The notes under the pieces: model-generated
Database searches by the model: none
What the model saw: only the letters and a program-made list of their open reading frames with translations
Told to the model about the DNA's origin: nothing
Program-made: the position numbers and the translations under genes
IMG/VR virus record: IMGVR_UViG_3300010260_000001
Origin: a virus
Reading direction: 5' to 3' (one strand)
DNA: 34,677 bases
Part shown: piece after piece, positions 23,141 through 32,356 of the stretch
Position numbering within the stretch: the first letter of the stretch is position 1
Layout: each line of letters opens with the position of its first letter

Positions 23141-23245
23141 AGGGGGCGAATACCGAGGGGGATACCCTAAAATTACCCTACGGGCGTGCGCACGGGTGGT
23201 GTAGGGGGTGTGGTGCGGCGCAGGAATGGAAAGCGGGGTAAAGGA

Positions 23246-23599
23246 ATGGCAACAAAGAAAGAGAAAACCAAAGAACAGAGGATAAAGACAGAAAAGACCA
23301 GACTTAAAGGAATTTTTAAGGACTTAGACGAAAACAAAAGAAAATTAGTAACGCCGCTGATAGAAAAGGCTGCATTTATGAGCGTTGAGCTGGACGACTT
23401 GCAGGCGACACTTGAAAAAGACGGCTGGACGAGTGAATACCAGAACGGGCAGAACCAGTGGGGAACAAAGAAAAGCCCAGAGGCAGAAACATACATAGCG
23501 CTTAGTAAGAACTATGCAGCAGTAATAAAGCAGCTGACGGAATTAGTACCAGCTGCAAAACGAAAGACAAGCAAGCTGGCAGCCTTGCGGGAAGAGTAA
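23246..23599 (+). CDS. terminase small subunit (P27 family-like)
   Basis: 117 aa directly upstream of the large terminase. The pattern ...LVTPLIEKAAF...L..D..G......NG....KK.P resembles the P27 family. The start codon is uncertain. Confidence 0.7.
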   Translation: MATKKEKTKEQRIKTEKTRLKGIFKDLDENKRKLVTPLIEKAAFMSVELDDLQATLEKDGWTSEYQNGQNQWGTKKSPEAETYIALSKNYAAVIKQLTELVPAAKRKTSKLAALREE

Positions 23600-23605
23600 G
23601 CAGGA

Positions 23606-25261
23606 TTGCCGCCATATCGAAATTATATCTATGAGTACCACGCAAAGATTACAAGCGGCGAAATCATAGCGGGAAAATGGATAAAAAAGATATACGAAAT
23701 CATTATAAACGGGCTGCAAAAGCAAGAGTATTTTTTTAATGCAAAGGCAGCAAACAAGGCTATAAAATTCATAGAGAATTTTTGCCACCACAGCAAAGGG
23801 CGTAATGATTTAATCAAATTGGAACTATGGCAAAAAGCCATAGTTTCTGTTATTTTTGGCATACAAGACGCAGAAAAAATACGTGTTTTCCGTGAAATTT
23901 TTATTGTTATTGGCAGAAAAAACGGAAAAAGTTTATTTGCATCTGCGATTATTGCATATATGGCATATTTAGAGCCAGAGTACGGGCAAGAGATATATTG
24001 CTTAGCACCAAAATTAGTCCAAGCCGCATTAGTGTATGACGGATTTTATCAAATGGTACAGGCAGAGGACGAATTAGCAGAGCTGGCAAAGAAAAGGCGC
24101 AGCGATATTTATATTGCAGAGAGCAACACGGTAATAAAACCGATTGCTTTTAACGCTAAGAAGTCCGACGGATTTAACCCGCAGCTTGTAGTATGCGACG
24201 AAATGGCAGCATGGAGCGGAGACGCTGGACTTAAGCAGTACGAGGTTATGAAATCTGCTTTAGGCGCACGTACTCAACCAATGATATTAAGCATAAGCAC
24301 TGCGGGATATATCAACGACAGTATTTATGATGAACTGATGAAACGTAGCACAAGTTTCTTGAAAGGAAACAGCAAAGAGCGCAGGCTATTACCATTCCTT
24401 TACATGATTGATGATATAGAGAAGTGGAACGACATAGACGAGCTTAAAAAGGCTAACCCTAACATGGGTGTATCTGTAAAAGAGAGCTTTTTTATAGACG
24501 AAATAGCCGTAGCAGAGGGCAGCTTAAGCAAAAAAGCAGAGTTCCTTACAAAGTATTGCAATATCAAACAGAACAGCTCTATTGCATGGCTGGAATATCA
24601 GACAGTAGAGAGCGCAGGCGTAGAAAAGACCTTAGAGGACTTTAGGGACTGCTACGCAGTGGGCGGCATTGATTTAAGCCAGACAACAGACTTGACGGCG
24701 GCAAGCGTGGTTATTCAGAAAGACGGCATACTGTATGCGTTTACACAGTTCTTTATGCCACGGGGCAGGCTGGAATATTTGCAGGCTACGGACGGTGTGC
24801 CGTATGACATTTTTGTAAAAAAAGGACTGATAACACTAAGCGGCGAGAACTACGTAGACTATCACGACGTTTACGGCTGGTTTACTATGCTGCTGGAAGA
24901 TTACGGCATACGACCTCTAAAAATTGGATACGACAGATACAGCGCCCAGTATCTTATTACCGATATGGCAAATTACGGTTTTCACATGGACGACGTTTAC
25001 CAAGGCGAAAACCTTACACCAGTTATACGGGAATTTGAGGGCATCATAAAAGACGGCGATTTTAAGATTGCCGACAACAATTTACTAAAGACACATTTCT
25101 TGAATGTTGCGCTTAAGCACAACATGGAAACAAGAAAATTCAGACCTATAAAGATTGAGCAGCGGGCGCATATCGACGGCTTTGTATCTGTCATAGATGC
25201 AATGACCGTGCGGCAGAAATACTGGGAAGAGTGCGGCGAGCTGCTTAAAAATGCCGCATAG
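23606..25261 (+). CDS. terminase large subunit
   Basis: 551 aa with Walker A-like GRKNGKS and Walker B VVCDEMAAW, in the expected syntenic position. The TTG start is uncertain. Confidence 0.9.
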   Translation: MPPYRNYIYEYHAKITSGEIIAGKWIKKIYEIIINGLQKQEYFFNAKAANKAIKFIENFCHHSKGRNDLIKLELWQKAIVSVIFGIQDAEKIRVFREIFIVIGRKNGKSLFASAIIAYMAYLEPEYGQEIYCLAPKLVQAALVYDGFYQMVQAEDELAELAKKRRSDIYIAESNTVIKPIAFNAKKSDGFNPQLVVCDEMAAWSGDAGLKQYEVMKSALGARTQPMILSISTAGYINDSIYDELMKRSTSFLKGNSKERRLLPFLYMIDDIEKWNDIDELKKANPNMGVSVKESFFIDEIAVAEGSLSKKAEFLTKYCNIKQNSSIAWLEYQTVESAGVEKTLEDFRDCYAVGGIDLSQTTDLTAASVVIQKDGILYAFTQFFMPRGRLEYLQATDGVPYDIFVKKGLITLSGENYVDYHDVYGWFTMLLEDYGIRPLKIGYDRYSAQYLITDMANYGFHMDDVYQGENLTPVIREFEGIIKDGDFKIADNNLLKTHFLNVALKHNMETRKFRPIKIEQRAHIDGFVSVIDAMTVRQKYWEECGELLKNAA

Positions 25262-25278
25262 AAAGGAGCGTAAACGGC

Positions 25279-26559
25279 ATGAAATTTTTAGATTACCTTT
25301 TTCATGGTAAAGAGCTGCGATATATCGACAGCTATTTTAAAATGCTGAACGGATACAGCCCGACGTTTACCAGCTACAACGGCGGCGTATATGAAATGGA
25401 CTTAACCAGAACAGCAGTAAATAGTTTTGCTACGCATTGCAGCAAATTAAAGCCAGAGATTGAGGGCAGCGCCCTTAAGTCGCTGGAAAAGACACTACAG
25501 CATAAGCCTAACTATTTCATGGATACAACAAAATTTATTAAACGTTTGGCAACGTATGTAGCGGTGGAACACACCGCTTTTATTATACCTATCGACGACG
25601 AATACGGACGGCTTTGCGGCTGGTATCCGTTGAGAGCGCAGCGTTGCGAGGTAGTAGAGGCAGCAGGGCAGGTATATTTACGTTATCTTTTTGCGAATGG
25701 AGAGCATGGAGCGATAGAGTTTGAGCGTGTAGGCATTATGACAGATTTTGAATACACAGACGACCTTTTCGGAGAAGATAACAGGACGCTTAAGCCGACA
25801 ATGCAGCTGATACATACGCAAAATGAGGGAATTATAAACGCTGTAAAAAATTCTGCAAATATTCGTTTTCTGGCAAAGGTAGCAAATATGTTAAAACCAG
25901 AGGACATAAAGAAAGAGCGGCAGCGTTTTACAGAGGATAACTTAAGCGCAGACAATGACAGCGGCATGATTATTTATGATAACAAGTTTAGTGAACTGAA
26001 ACAGGTAGAAAGCAAGCCGTATACACCAAACGCATTGCAGATGCAGCATATACAGGAAAATGTATGTACGCATTTTGGTACAAATATGGATATTCTGCAA
26101 AATAAGTTTGATGAAAATACGTGGAACGCTTACTACGAGGGAAAAATAGAACCGTTTGCAATACAGTTATCGCTTGTTATGACAAATATGAGCTTTACCG
26201 AAAGAGAAAGAGCCTGCGGTAACGCTATTTTCTTTTCTGCAAACCGTCTGCAATATGCCAGCAATGCAACAAAGCTAAGCGTAAGCACGCAGCTTTTCGA
26301 CCGTGCGCTACTGAACAGAAACGGCGTAATGGATATTTGGAATATGGCGCACGTAGAGGACGGGGAAAAGTATTATATCCGCAAGGAGTATACAGAGGTA
26401 AGCGAACTGCAAAAGAGCAATGAAAAACCGCAGATAATCATACAGCAAACGCCAGCAGCGACAGGACAAGCGACAGAGCCGCAGCAGACACCGCCAGCGG
26501 CAGCAGGAGAGCCGACAGGCGAGCTGAAAGAGAAAGAGGGTGTAAATAATGCCGATTAA
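25279..26559 (+). CDS. portal protein (HK97 family-like)
   Basis: 426 aa lying between the large terminase and the prohead protease. Confidence 0.85.
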   Translation: MKFLDYLFHGKELRYIDSYFKMLNGYSPTFTSYNGGVYEMDLTRTAVNSFATHCSKLKPEIEGSALKSLEKTLQHKPNYFMDTTKFIKRLATYVAVEHTAFIIPIDDEYGRLCGWYPLRAQRCEVVEAAGQVYLRYLFANGEHGAIEFERVGIMTDFEYTDDLFGEDNRTLKPTMQLIHTQNEGIINAVKNSANIRFLAKVANMLKPEDIKKERQRFTEDNLSADNDSGMIIYDNKFSELKQVESKPYTPNALQMQHIQENVCTHFGTNMDILQNKFDENTWNAYYEGKIEPFAIQLSLVMTNMSFTERERACGNAIFFSANRLQYASNATKLSVSTQLFDRALLNRNGVMDIWNMAHVEDGEKYYIRKEYTEVSELQKSNEKPQIIIQQTPAATGQATEPQQTPPAAAGEPTGELKEKEGVNNAD

Positions 26560-27145
26560 GAAAGAACGGGAATATAGGGCGCTGGCTGCGCCATTAACTG
26601 CACAGGCAGCAACAAAACTGATACAGACAGAGTATTACGTAGAGGGCTATGCAACTACGTTTGATACACCGTACTTATTATATGAATTTGAGGACGGTAC
26701 AAAGATTTACGAAAGAATAGACGCACACGCACTGGACGGCGCAGATATGAGCGACGTTATCATGCAGTACGACCATGAGGGCAGGGTATTTGCCAGACAA
26801 TCTAATAAGACGCTGATTTTACAGCCAGATTACAAAGGGCTTAAGGTGGCAGCTGATTTGGGTAAGACAGATTTAGCCCGTGGGTTGTACCAAGACATAG
26901 ACGCAGGCATGATAAATAAAATGTCGTGGGCGTTTACGGTAGCAAAGGAAAGCTACGACAGGGAAACACACACACGAAATATTTTGAGAATTAAAAAGGT
27001 TTATGATGTATCAGCCGTGAGTATTCCAGCAAACGGAGATACTGAAATAAGCGCCCGTGCTTTTGCGAATAGGAGATATGAGCAGGAGCGGCAGGAGTTG
27101 CTTAAAAGACGGGCAGCAATACTAAAGATTAGAGCGAGCTTATAA
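26549..27145 (+). CDS. prohead maturation protease (HK97 / S78 family)
   Basis: EGYATTFDTPY...MQYDHEG...GLKVAADL...MSWAF matches the family pattern. Confidence 0.85.
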   Translation: MPIKKEREYRALAAPLTAQAATKLIQTEYYVEGYATTFDTPYLLYEFEDGTKIYERIDAHALDGADMSDVIMQYDHEGRVFARQSNKTLILQPDYKGLKVAADLGKTDLARGLYQDIDAGMINKMSWAFTVAKESYDRETHTRNILRIKKVYDVSAVSIPANGDTEISARAFANRRYEQERQELLKRRAAILKIRASL

Positions 27146-27174
27146 AAAACAAAGACAAGAAAGGAAACATAACC

Positions 27175-28407
27175 ATGAGATTAAAAGAAATCGAGGAAAG
27201 ATTAGCAGCAATTAAAAACGAGCTTACCACAAGAGCAGCGGAGCTGAAAGAGGAAGAAATTACAGCGTTGGAAAATGAGGTAACGGCTTTACAGGAAGAG
27301 AGAGCAGCAATTAAGGCGGCGGCAGAAAAGCGTAGCGCATTGCTTGCAAGAATTGCAGCAGGAGAAAACGTAGGAGACGGCGAGGGCGACGGCAGCGGAC
27401 AGCAGAGAGTGCTTAGAAATTTTAAGGGAGCAGCTGGCGAGGGAGACAACGACGACAAATACGGCAGCATGGAATACCGCAAAGCATTTATGAAATACGT
27501 ATGCAGAGGCGAGGCACTGCCGAAAGAGTACAGACAGAGCGAAGTAAGCAAGAGTACAGACGTAGGCGCAGTAATTCCTACGACAGTGCTTAACCAGATT
27601 GTAGAAAAGCTGGAAAGCACAGGTATGATTTTGGCACTTGTAACCAGAACAGCATACAAAGGCGGCGTATCTATTCCCGTATCCACTGTAAAGCCTACTG
27701 CAACATGGGTAAATGAGGGAGCAGGCAGCGACAAGCAGAAAAAGAATATTGCAAAAGACGGCATGATTACTTTTGCATACCATAAGCTGCGCTGCGCAGT
27801 AGCTGTATCGCTGGAAGTAGATACAATGGCAATCAGCGCTTTTGAGACACTGCTTATTAACAATATCGTTGAGGCAATGACAAAGGCACTGGAACAGGCG
27901 ATTATTGACGGAAACGGAACAGGAAAGCCGAAAGGAATTTTAGCAGAGACACCAGCAGACGGGCAGACAATCGAAAGCGCCGCACCGTCTTACGCAGATT
28001 TGATTAAGGCAGAGGGTGCATTACCTATGGCTTATGAAAATGGCGCTGTATGGTGCATGAGCAAAAAAACCTTTATGGAATACGTAGGCATGACAGACAA
28101 GAACGGGCAGCCTATCGCAAAAGTGAACTACGGAACATCTGGAAAGCCCGAAAGAACGCTTTTAGGTAGAACCGTTGTACTTTGTGATTATGTAGCAAGC
28201 TACAGCGCAGCACTTGCGAAAGATACAATTTTTGCGTTCCTTTTCAATTTCAAGGACTACGTGCTTAATACCAACTACTCTATGGGAGTAAAGAAGTATG
28301 AGGACAACGACACAGACGACCAGATTACAAAGGGCATTATGCTTGTAGACGGCAAGGTAGTAGACAAAAACAGCCTTGTAGTTGTAAAGAAAATCGAGGC
28401 AGTGTAA
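27175..28407 (+). CDS. major capsid protein (HK97 fold) with an N-terminal coiled-coil delta domain
   Basis: 410 aa, N-terminus RLKEIEERLAAIKNEL..., in the position after the protease. Confidence 0.9.
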   Translation: MRLKEIEERLAAIKNELTTRAAELKEEEITALENEVTALQEERAAIKAAAEKRSALLARIAAGENVGDGEGDGSGQQRVLRNFKGAAGEGDNDDKYGSMEYRKAFMKYVCRGEALPKEYRQSEVSKSTDVGAVIPTTVLNQIVEKLESTGMILALVTRTAYKGGVSIPVSTVKPTATWVNEGAGSDKQKKNIAKDGMITFAYHKLRCAVAVSLEVDTMAISAFETLLINNIVEAMTKALEQAIIDGNGTGKPKGILAETPADGQTIESAAPSYADLIKAEGALPMAYENGAVWCMSKKTFMEYVGMTDKNGQPIAKVNYGTSGKPERTLLGRTVVLCDYVASYSAALAKDTIFAFLFNFKDYVLNTNYSMGVKKYEDNDTDDQITKGIMLVDGKVVDKNSLVVVKKIEAV

Positions 28408-28414
28408 TTAACAA

Positions 28415-28442
28415 GGCAGCTGGTGTATAAGCACTGGCTGCC
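28415..28442 (+). other. hairpin immediately after the capsid gene, with no T-tract
   Basis: ggcagctggtg-tataag-cactggctgcc forms an 11-bp stem that includes two G.U pairs. Confidence 0.35.
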
Positions 28443-28459
28443 AGAAAGCGAGGTAGACC

Positions 28460-28915
28460 ATGAAAGGGCATTTAGACGCTAAAGAGCTGGAAAGCTACAA
28501 GAAAGAAGATTTGCAGGAACTGGCAAAGCAGCTGGGAGTAGATGCAGAGGGAACAAAAAAAGAAATTGCCGCACGCTGCGCAGCAGTCGAGGTAGAGATA
28601 CCAGACGACAGCGAACTTACAGAAGAGGAAAAGAAAGCAGTGGAAGAGGCGGCGGCAGAGGCAGCAGCCAAAGCCGAGGAAGAGAGAAAGGCGGCAGAGG
28701 CAGCAGCCAAAGCCGAGGAAGAGAGAAAGGCGGCAGAGGCAGCAGCCAAAGCCGAGGAAGAAAAGAAAACAGCAGGACTGGTAAAAGTGAGAGTAAAGAA
28801 CCGTTTTCTTGATAAGGAATTGAACCAGATTAAGGATACAGGAGATACTTACACAGTAACCAGAGAACGTGCAGCAGTTCTGGTAAATGCAGGAGTAGCG
28901 GAAGAAACAGAGTAA
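28460..28915 (+). CDS. head-module protein with an N-terminal SAP/Rho_N-like motif and an Ala/Glu/Lys repeat
   Basis: KEDLQELAKQLGVDAEGTKKEIAARC is SAP-like. AAEAAAKAEEERK is repeated three times. Confidence 0.55.
   Translation: MKGHLDAKELESYKKEDLQELAKQLGVDAEGTKKEIAARCAAVEVEIPDDSELTEEEKKAVEEAAAEAAAKAEEERKAAEAAAKAEEERKAAEAAAKAEEEKKTAGLVKVRVKNRFLDKELNQIKDTGDTYTVTRERAAVLVNAGVAEETE
28652..28762 (+). repeat. 39-nt in-frame tandem repeat, about 2.8 copies
   Basis: Units gcggcagaggcagcagccaaagccgaggaagagagaaag start at 28652, 28691 and 28730. Confidence 0.9.
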
Positions 28916-28932
28916 GAAAGAGGGTGCAGGCT

Positions 28933-29283
28933 ATGGCAGCAACTGCCACAACATTAACCGAAAAGATGCGGGCGGCGCTGCGTATCAGCAGCACAAGCGA
29001 AAAAATCACGGAAGAAATAAACGACTGCATAGCCGCCTGCAAAATGGATTTGCAGGACGTAGGCGTAAAGAAACTGGAAGAAACAGACGCACTGATTATT
29101 AGAGCCATTACGCTATACTGCAAGGCAGAATTTGGATACTCTGATAAATCAGAGCAATTCTGGAAATCTTACGAGTGCCTTAAAATGCACTTAAGCCTAT
29201 CCAGTGAATACACAGGCGGCGTTACGCCAGATACTGCGGACGACGAAGTAGGAGAGCAGGATATTAAGGATTTGTTTGGATAG
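28933..29283 (+). CDS. head-tail connector protein (gp6-like, Phage_connect_1 type)
   Basis: Matches by size, position and the pattern ...LRISSTSE...I...I.AA...L. The ATG at 28933 is preferred over the GTG at 28924. Confidence 0.65.
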   Translation: MAATATTLTEKMRAALRISSTSEKITEEINDCIAACKMDLQDVGVKKLEETDALIIRAITLYCKAEFGYSDKSEQFWKSYECLKMHLSLSSEYTGGVTPDTADDEVGEQDIKDLFG

Positions 29284-29297
29284 GAGAAATAAGAGCA

Positions 29298-30014
29298 ATG
29301 GCAATTAAGAGAGTTACATACGATACCCTTAAATTTCTGGTAGCGGAAATTAAAGAACGCTATGCAGAAAAAGGCGACATAGGGGCGCTGGGGGGGGGGC
29401 TTGATAAGGTAGCTGTAGAAAATCTTACAGAAGATTTGAAAAGCCTTATAAACGGGAAAGCAGATGCAGCTACAACACTTGCAGGCTATGGAATTAAAGA
29501 CGGAATGACCGCAACAGAGGTAGCCGCCGCTATTTCCACAGCGATTGCAGGGACAGACCACTTAAGCCGTGTAATGGTAGACAGCACGGGAGACATTGAT
29601 ACAGTAGCGGACGACGCAGAAAAGAAAATTTACATGGTAAAAAATGCCAGTGGAGAGGCAGGAAACCTTTACAGCGAATACATGGTAATTAACGGTAAAC
29701 TGGAAAAGGTGGGAGACTGGAAAGTAGACTTAAGCAGTTATGCAAAGACTACGGAAGTAACGGCAGCCATTGCAAATGCACTGACAACATACGCAAAGAC
29801 CGCAGACGTGACAAAAGCAATCAACGAGGCAGTAGCGGGACTTATCCAACTGGACGACTTAAGCGTAACAGTTACGGGTGCAGGCAATGTGATTACAGGG
29901 CTTGCGTATGATAACAAAACAGGCAAATTTACAGCTACAAAAGGAATAACGGCACTGACAGCAGCAGACCTTACAGAAATTACGCAGCAGGAAATAAAAG
30001 CCTTGTTTGCATAA
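29298..30014 (+). CDS. fibre-like structural protein encoded in the head/neck module
   Basis: 238 aa. GKADAATTLAGYGIKDGMTATE resembles the tail-fibre repeat motif. The gene contains a 10-G tract. Confidence 0.45.
   Translation: MAIKRVTYDTLKFLVAEIKERYAEKGDIGALGGGLDKVAVENLTEDLKSLINGKADAATTLAGYGIKDGMTATEVAAAISTAIAGTDHLSRVMVDSTGDIDTVADDAEKKIYMVKNASGEAGNLYSEYMVINGKLEKVGDWKVDLSSYAKTTEVTAAIANALTTYAKTADVTKAINEAVAGLIQLDDLSVTVTGAGNVITGLAYDNKTGKFTATKGITALTAADLTEITQQEIKALFA
29390..29399 (+). repeat. poly-G homopolymer (10 G) inside a CDS
   Basis: Read directly; encodes LGGGL. Confidence 0.95.
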
Positions 30015-30027
30015 GTGAGGTGCTGGC

Positions 30028-30255
30028 ATGAGGTGGTTTAGCTTTACCAGCTTAAAGGCATTGATACAGGAAATGAAAGCCAGAGAAAGCAGCAATATGC
30101 AGGCTTTAAATAATACGTTTTCAGAAGTTTACGAAAACATGGAAACATTGGACGGGCGCATAGATGCCTTAGAGCATAAAACAGATGCTGCATATCTGGG
30201 TAACTGCTATTGCGGTAGCGTTTATTTGGGCTATGTGTCCGAAACGGACACCTAA
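30028..30255 (+). CDS. hypothetical coiled-coil protein (75 aa)
   Basis: ORF in the neck module. Its 3' end contains the second copy of the palindrome. Confidence 0.45.
   Translation: MRWFSFTSLKALIQEMKARESSNMQALNNTFSEVYENMETLDGRIDALEHKTDAAYLGNCYCGSVYLGYVSETDT
30235..30251. repeat. 17-nt perfect palindrome GTGTCCGAAACGGACAC, copy 2
   Basis: Identical to 21107..21123. Confidence 0.95.
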
Positions 30256-30269
30256 AAGAGAGGTAAGGT

Positions 30270-30593
30270 ATGGACTGGATAGACGAAATAACGCTGATAA
30301 GCGAGGTAAGCGAAAAAGACAGGGTAAACAAAAACGGATTTGCGACAAAGCCGAAAGAAAGAACCCGTACTGTATTTTGTAATAAAAAATCAGTGGGGTA
30401 TAGCGAGTATTTCAAGAGCCAGCAGACAGGAAAACTGGTAGAGGCAAAGTACGAGGTACACAAGGCAGATTATGACGGCGAGGACGTAGTAGAGGTAAAC
30501 GGGCGGCGTTATTTTGTGCTTAAGACCTATGAAACAGGAACAGACACCATAGAGCTTACGCTTACGGATTTACGGCACAGAAACGAGGGGTAA
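30270..30593 (+). CDS. head closure / head-tail adaptor protein (SPP1 gp16-like)
   Basis: 107 aa in the expected position, with an end pattern ...NGRRYFVLKTYE..TDTIELTL typical of the family. Confidence 0.65.
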   Translation: MDWIDEITLISEVSEKDRVNKNGFATKPKERTRTVFCNKKSVGYSEYFKSQQTGKLVEAKYEVHKADYDGEDVVEVNGRRYFVLKTYETGTDTIELTLTDLRHRNEG

Positions 30594-30595
30594 GC

Positions 30596-31027
30596 ATGGG
30601 AGAATTTAATACGGTTGGGCTGGAAGATATTATAGAGGCTTTCAGCAAGAGAGAAGCCGCCACGGTTGAGGCAGTACCCAAAATGCTAAAGGCAGGCGCT
30701 GACGTGCTGGTAGAGGCACAGAAAGCAGAGGCAATGGCAATGGGACTGAATGAAACGGGCGGCTTTATCAATTCCATAAAAGCAACGGACGTAAAGGGGA
30801 GCGATACGGAAAAGTACGTAGAGATATACCCGCAAGGACGGGCAGGGCATGGAAACGACAGAAAAGGCGATAAAAGCAAAGTACGATATGCAACAATCGG
30901 ATTTGTAGCAGAGTACGGGACAAGCAAGCAACAGGCACGCCCGTACATGACAACGGCGAACGAAAAAGCACACGAAAAAGTAGTAGAGGCGCAGCGCAAT
31001 ATATGGGAGAGTGAAACGGGCAAATGA
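30596..31027 (+). CDS. HK97 gp10-family neck/tail completion protein
   Basis: VLVEAQKAEA....TGGFINSIK...RYATIGFVAEYGTSKQQARPYM. Confidence 0.7.
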   Translation: MGEFNTVGLEDIIEAFSKREAATVEAVPKMLKAGADVLVEAQKAEAMAMGLNETGGFINSIKATDVKGSDTEKYVEIYPQGRAGHGNDRKGDKSKVRYATIGFVAEYGTSKQQARPYMTTANEKAHEKVVEAQRNIWESETGK

Positions 31028-31350
31028 GCATAAAAGAAATTTTAGAAAGTGCGGGGCTGCCAGCCCAGAGAGGCGTTTACACTGGACGAGATAAGCCAGA
31101 CGCTTATTATACATTTCTGCGACTGCTGGGTACGCCTGCATTAAATGCAGACGACGAAGAGAAAGACAGCAGGGAAATGTATAGAGTTACGCTTTTTCAC
31201 AAGGGCGATTTTGAGGCGCAGCTTGATAAAACAAAAGAAATATTAAAAGCAGCAGGCGTTTATATCAACAGTATAGATGCAGAGAGTTACGAAGTAGAAA
31301 CGGGGTACTGGTTAGTGCCTATAACAATCGAAATTTTGAAAGAGGAGTGA
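31024..31350 (+). CDS. tail terminator-like protein (assigned by position)
   Basis: 108-aa ORF lying between the gp10-like protein and the major tail protein. Confidence 0.45.
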   Translation: MSIKEILESAGLPAQRGVYTGRDKPDAYYTFLRLLGTPALNADDEEKDSREMYRVTLFHKGDFEAQLDKTKEILKAAGVYINSIDAESYEVETGYWLVPITIEILKEE

Positions 31351-31357
31351 TTAAACA

Positions 31358-31921
31358 ATGACACTGGGATTGAAAGATTTATACTACGCCGTATGCACAG
31401 AGGCAGACGGAGAGGAAAGCTACGGAACGCCTAAAAAAATGGCAGAGGCAATGACCGCCGATTTATCCGTAAAGACAGCAGACGGCAGTTTATATGCAGA
31501 TGATACGTTAAGCGAGAGCGTAACGGAATTTGCAAGCGGAACGCTTAAGCTGGGAATTAAAGACCTTACACCCGAAGTGCTGGCAGAACTGCTGGGGCAG
31601 CAGGTAGACCAGAACAGCGTAGTATGGGCTGGAAAAGAGGACGAGCCGCCGTATGTTGCTGTAGGGTTCAGAGCGAAGAAAACAGGTGGAAAGTACCGTT
31701 ATGTATGGCTGCTTAAAGCAAAATTTAAAGTGCCGTCTGAAAAGTACGAGACAAAGGGCGAGAGCATTAAGTTTAATACGCCAGATATTGAGGCAGATTT
31801 TACAGCCAGAAAGAAAGATAACCGCTGGAAAGCAGACTACGTGGGAACAGAGGACAGCACGGCGGCGAAATCGTGGTTTACAGCAGTACCAGAACCGACA
31901 GGAGCAATGCAGACAATCTAA
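31358..31921 (+). CDS. major tail protein (phi13 family-like)
   Basis: 187 aa, N-terminus GLKDLYYAV....YGTPKKMAEA, immediately upstream of the chaperone genes. Confidence 0.8.
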   Translation: MTLGLKDLYYAVCTEADGEESYGTPKKMAEAMTADLSVKTADGSLYADDTLSESVTEFASGTLKLGIKDLTPEVLAELLGQQVDQNSVVWAGKEDEPPYVAVGFRAKKTGGKYRYVWLLKAKFKVPSEKYETKGESIKFNTPDIEADFTARKKDNRWKADYVGTEDSTAAKSWFTAVPEPTGAMQTI

Positions 31922-31934
31922 AAGAGAAAGGAGA

Positions 31935-31965
31935 AAGGCGTAGCGCAGGCTGCGCCTTAATTTTA
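31935..31965 (+). terminator. hairpin terminator/attenuator after the major tail gene
   Basis: aaggcgtagc-gcag-gctgcgcctt forms a 10-bp stem with one G.U pair, followed by aatttta. Confidence 0.55.
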
Positions 31966-31969
31966 TAGC

Positions 31970-32356
31970 ATGAGCGCAATTAAAGACGGACGTATGCCAG
32001 TAGAACTGAATGGCAAGACCTATTATTTACTGTTTTCCTTAAATGCACTGGACGAGATGCAGGACAGATTTGGGGGGTACGACAAGCTGGACAAGGCTTT
32101 TGACCAGAGTAACCCGAACATGATTAAAGATTTACGCTGGTTGCTTACCCTTATTATCAACGAGGGCATGGAAGAGGGAGAAACACCGCTCACAGAATTA
32201 CAGGTAGGTAAGTTAATTCATATCGGCAATTTGCAGCAGATTAAGGACGCTATTTTCGCAGCTTTTGTATATTCCACAAATGGCGGCGAGGAAAAAGAGG
32301 CAGCAGACGAAGAAACAACAGAAGAGGGAAACAGAGTAGCCGTGCAGGACGAATAG
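31970..32356 (+). CDS. tail assembly chaperone (gpG analogue)
   Basis: 128-aa acidic protein between the major tail and tape measure genes. It contains the slippery site near its 3' end. Confidence 0.75.
   Translation: MSAIKDGRMPVELNGKTYYLLFSLNALDEMQDRFGGYDKLDKAFDQSNPNMIKDLRWLLTLIINEGMEEGETPLTELQVGKLIHIGNLQQIKDAIFAAFVYSTNGGEEKEAADEETTEEGNRVAVQDE

Noticed and set aside
27129-27863. 244-aa minus-strand ORF
   Set aside because: It is a shadow ORF antisense to the major capsid gene, which is well supported by family motifs and synteny.
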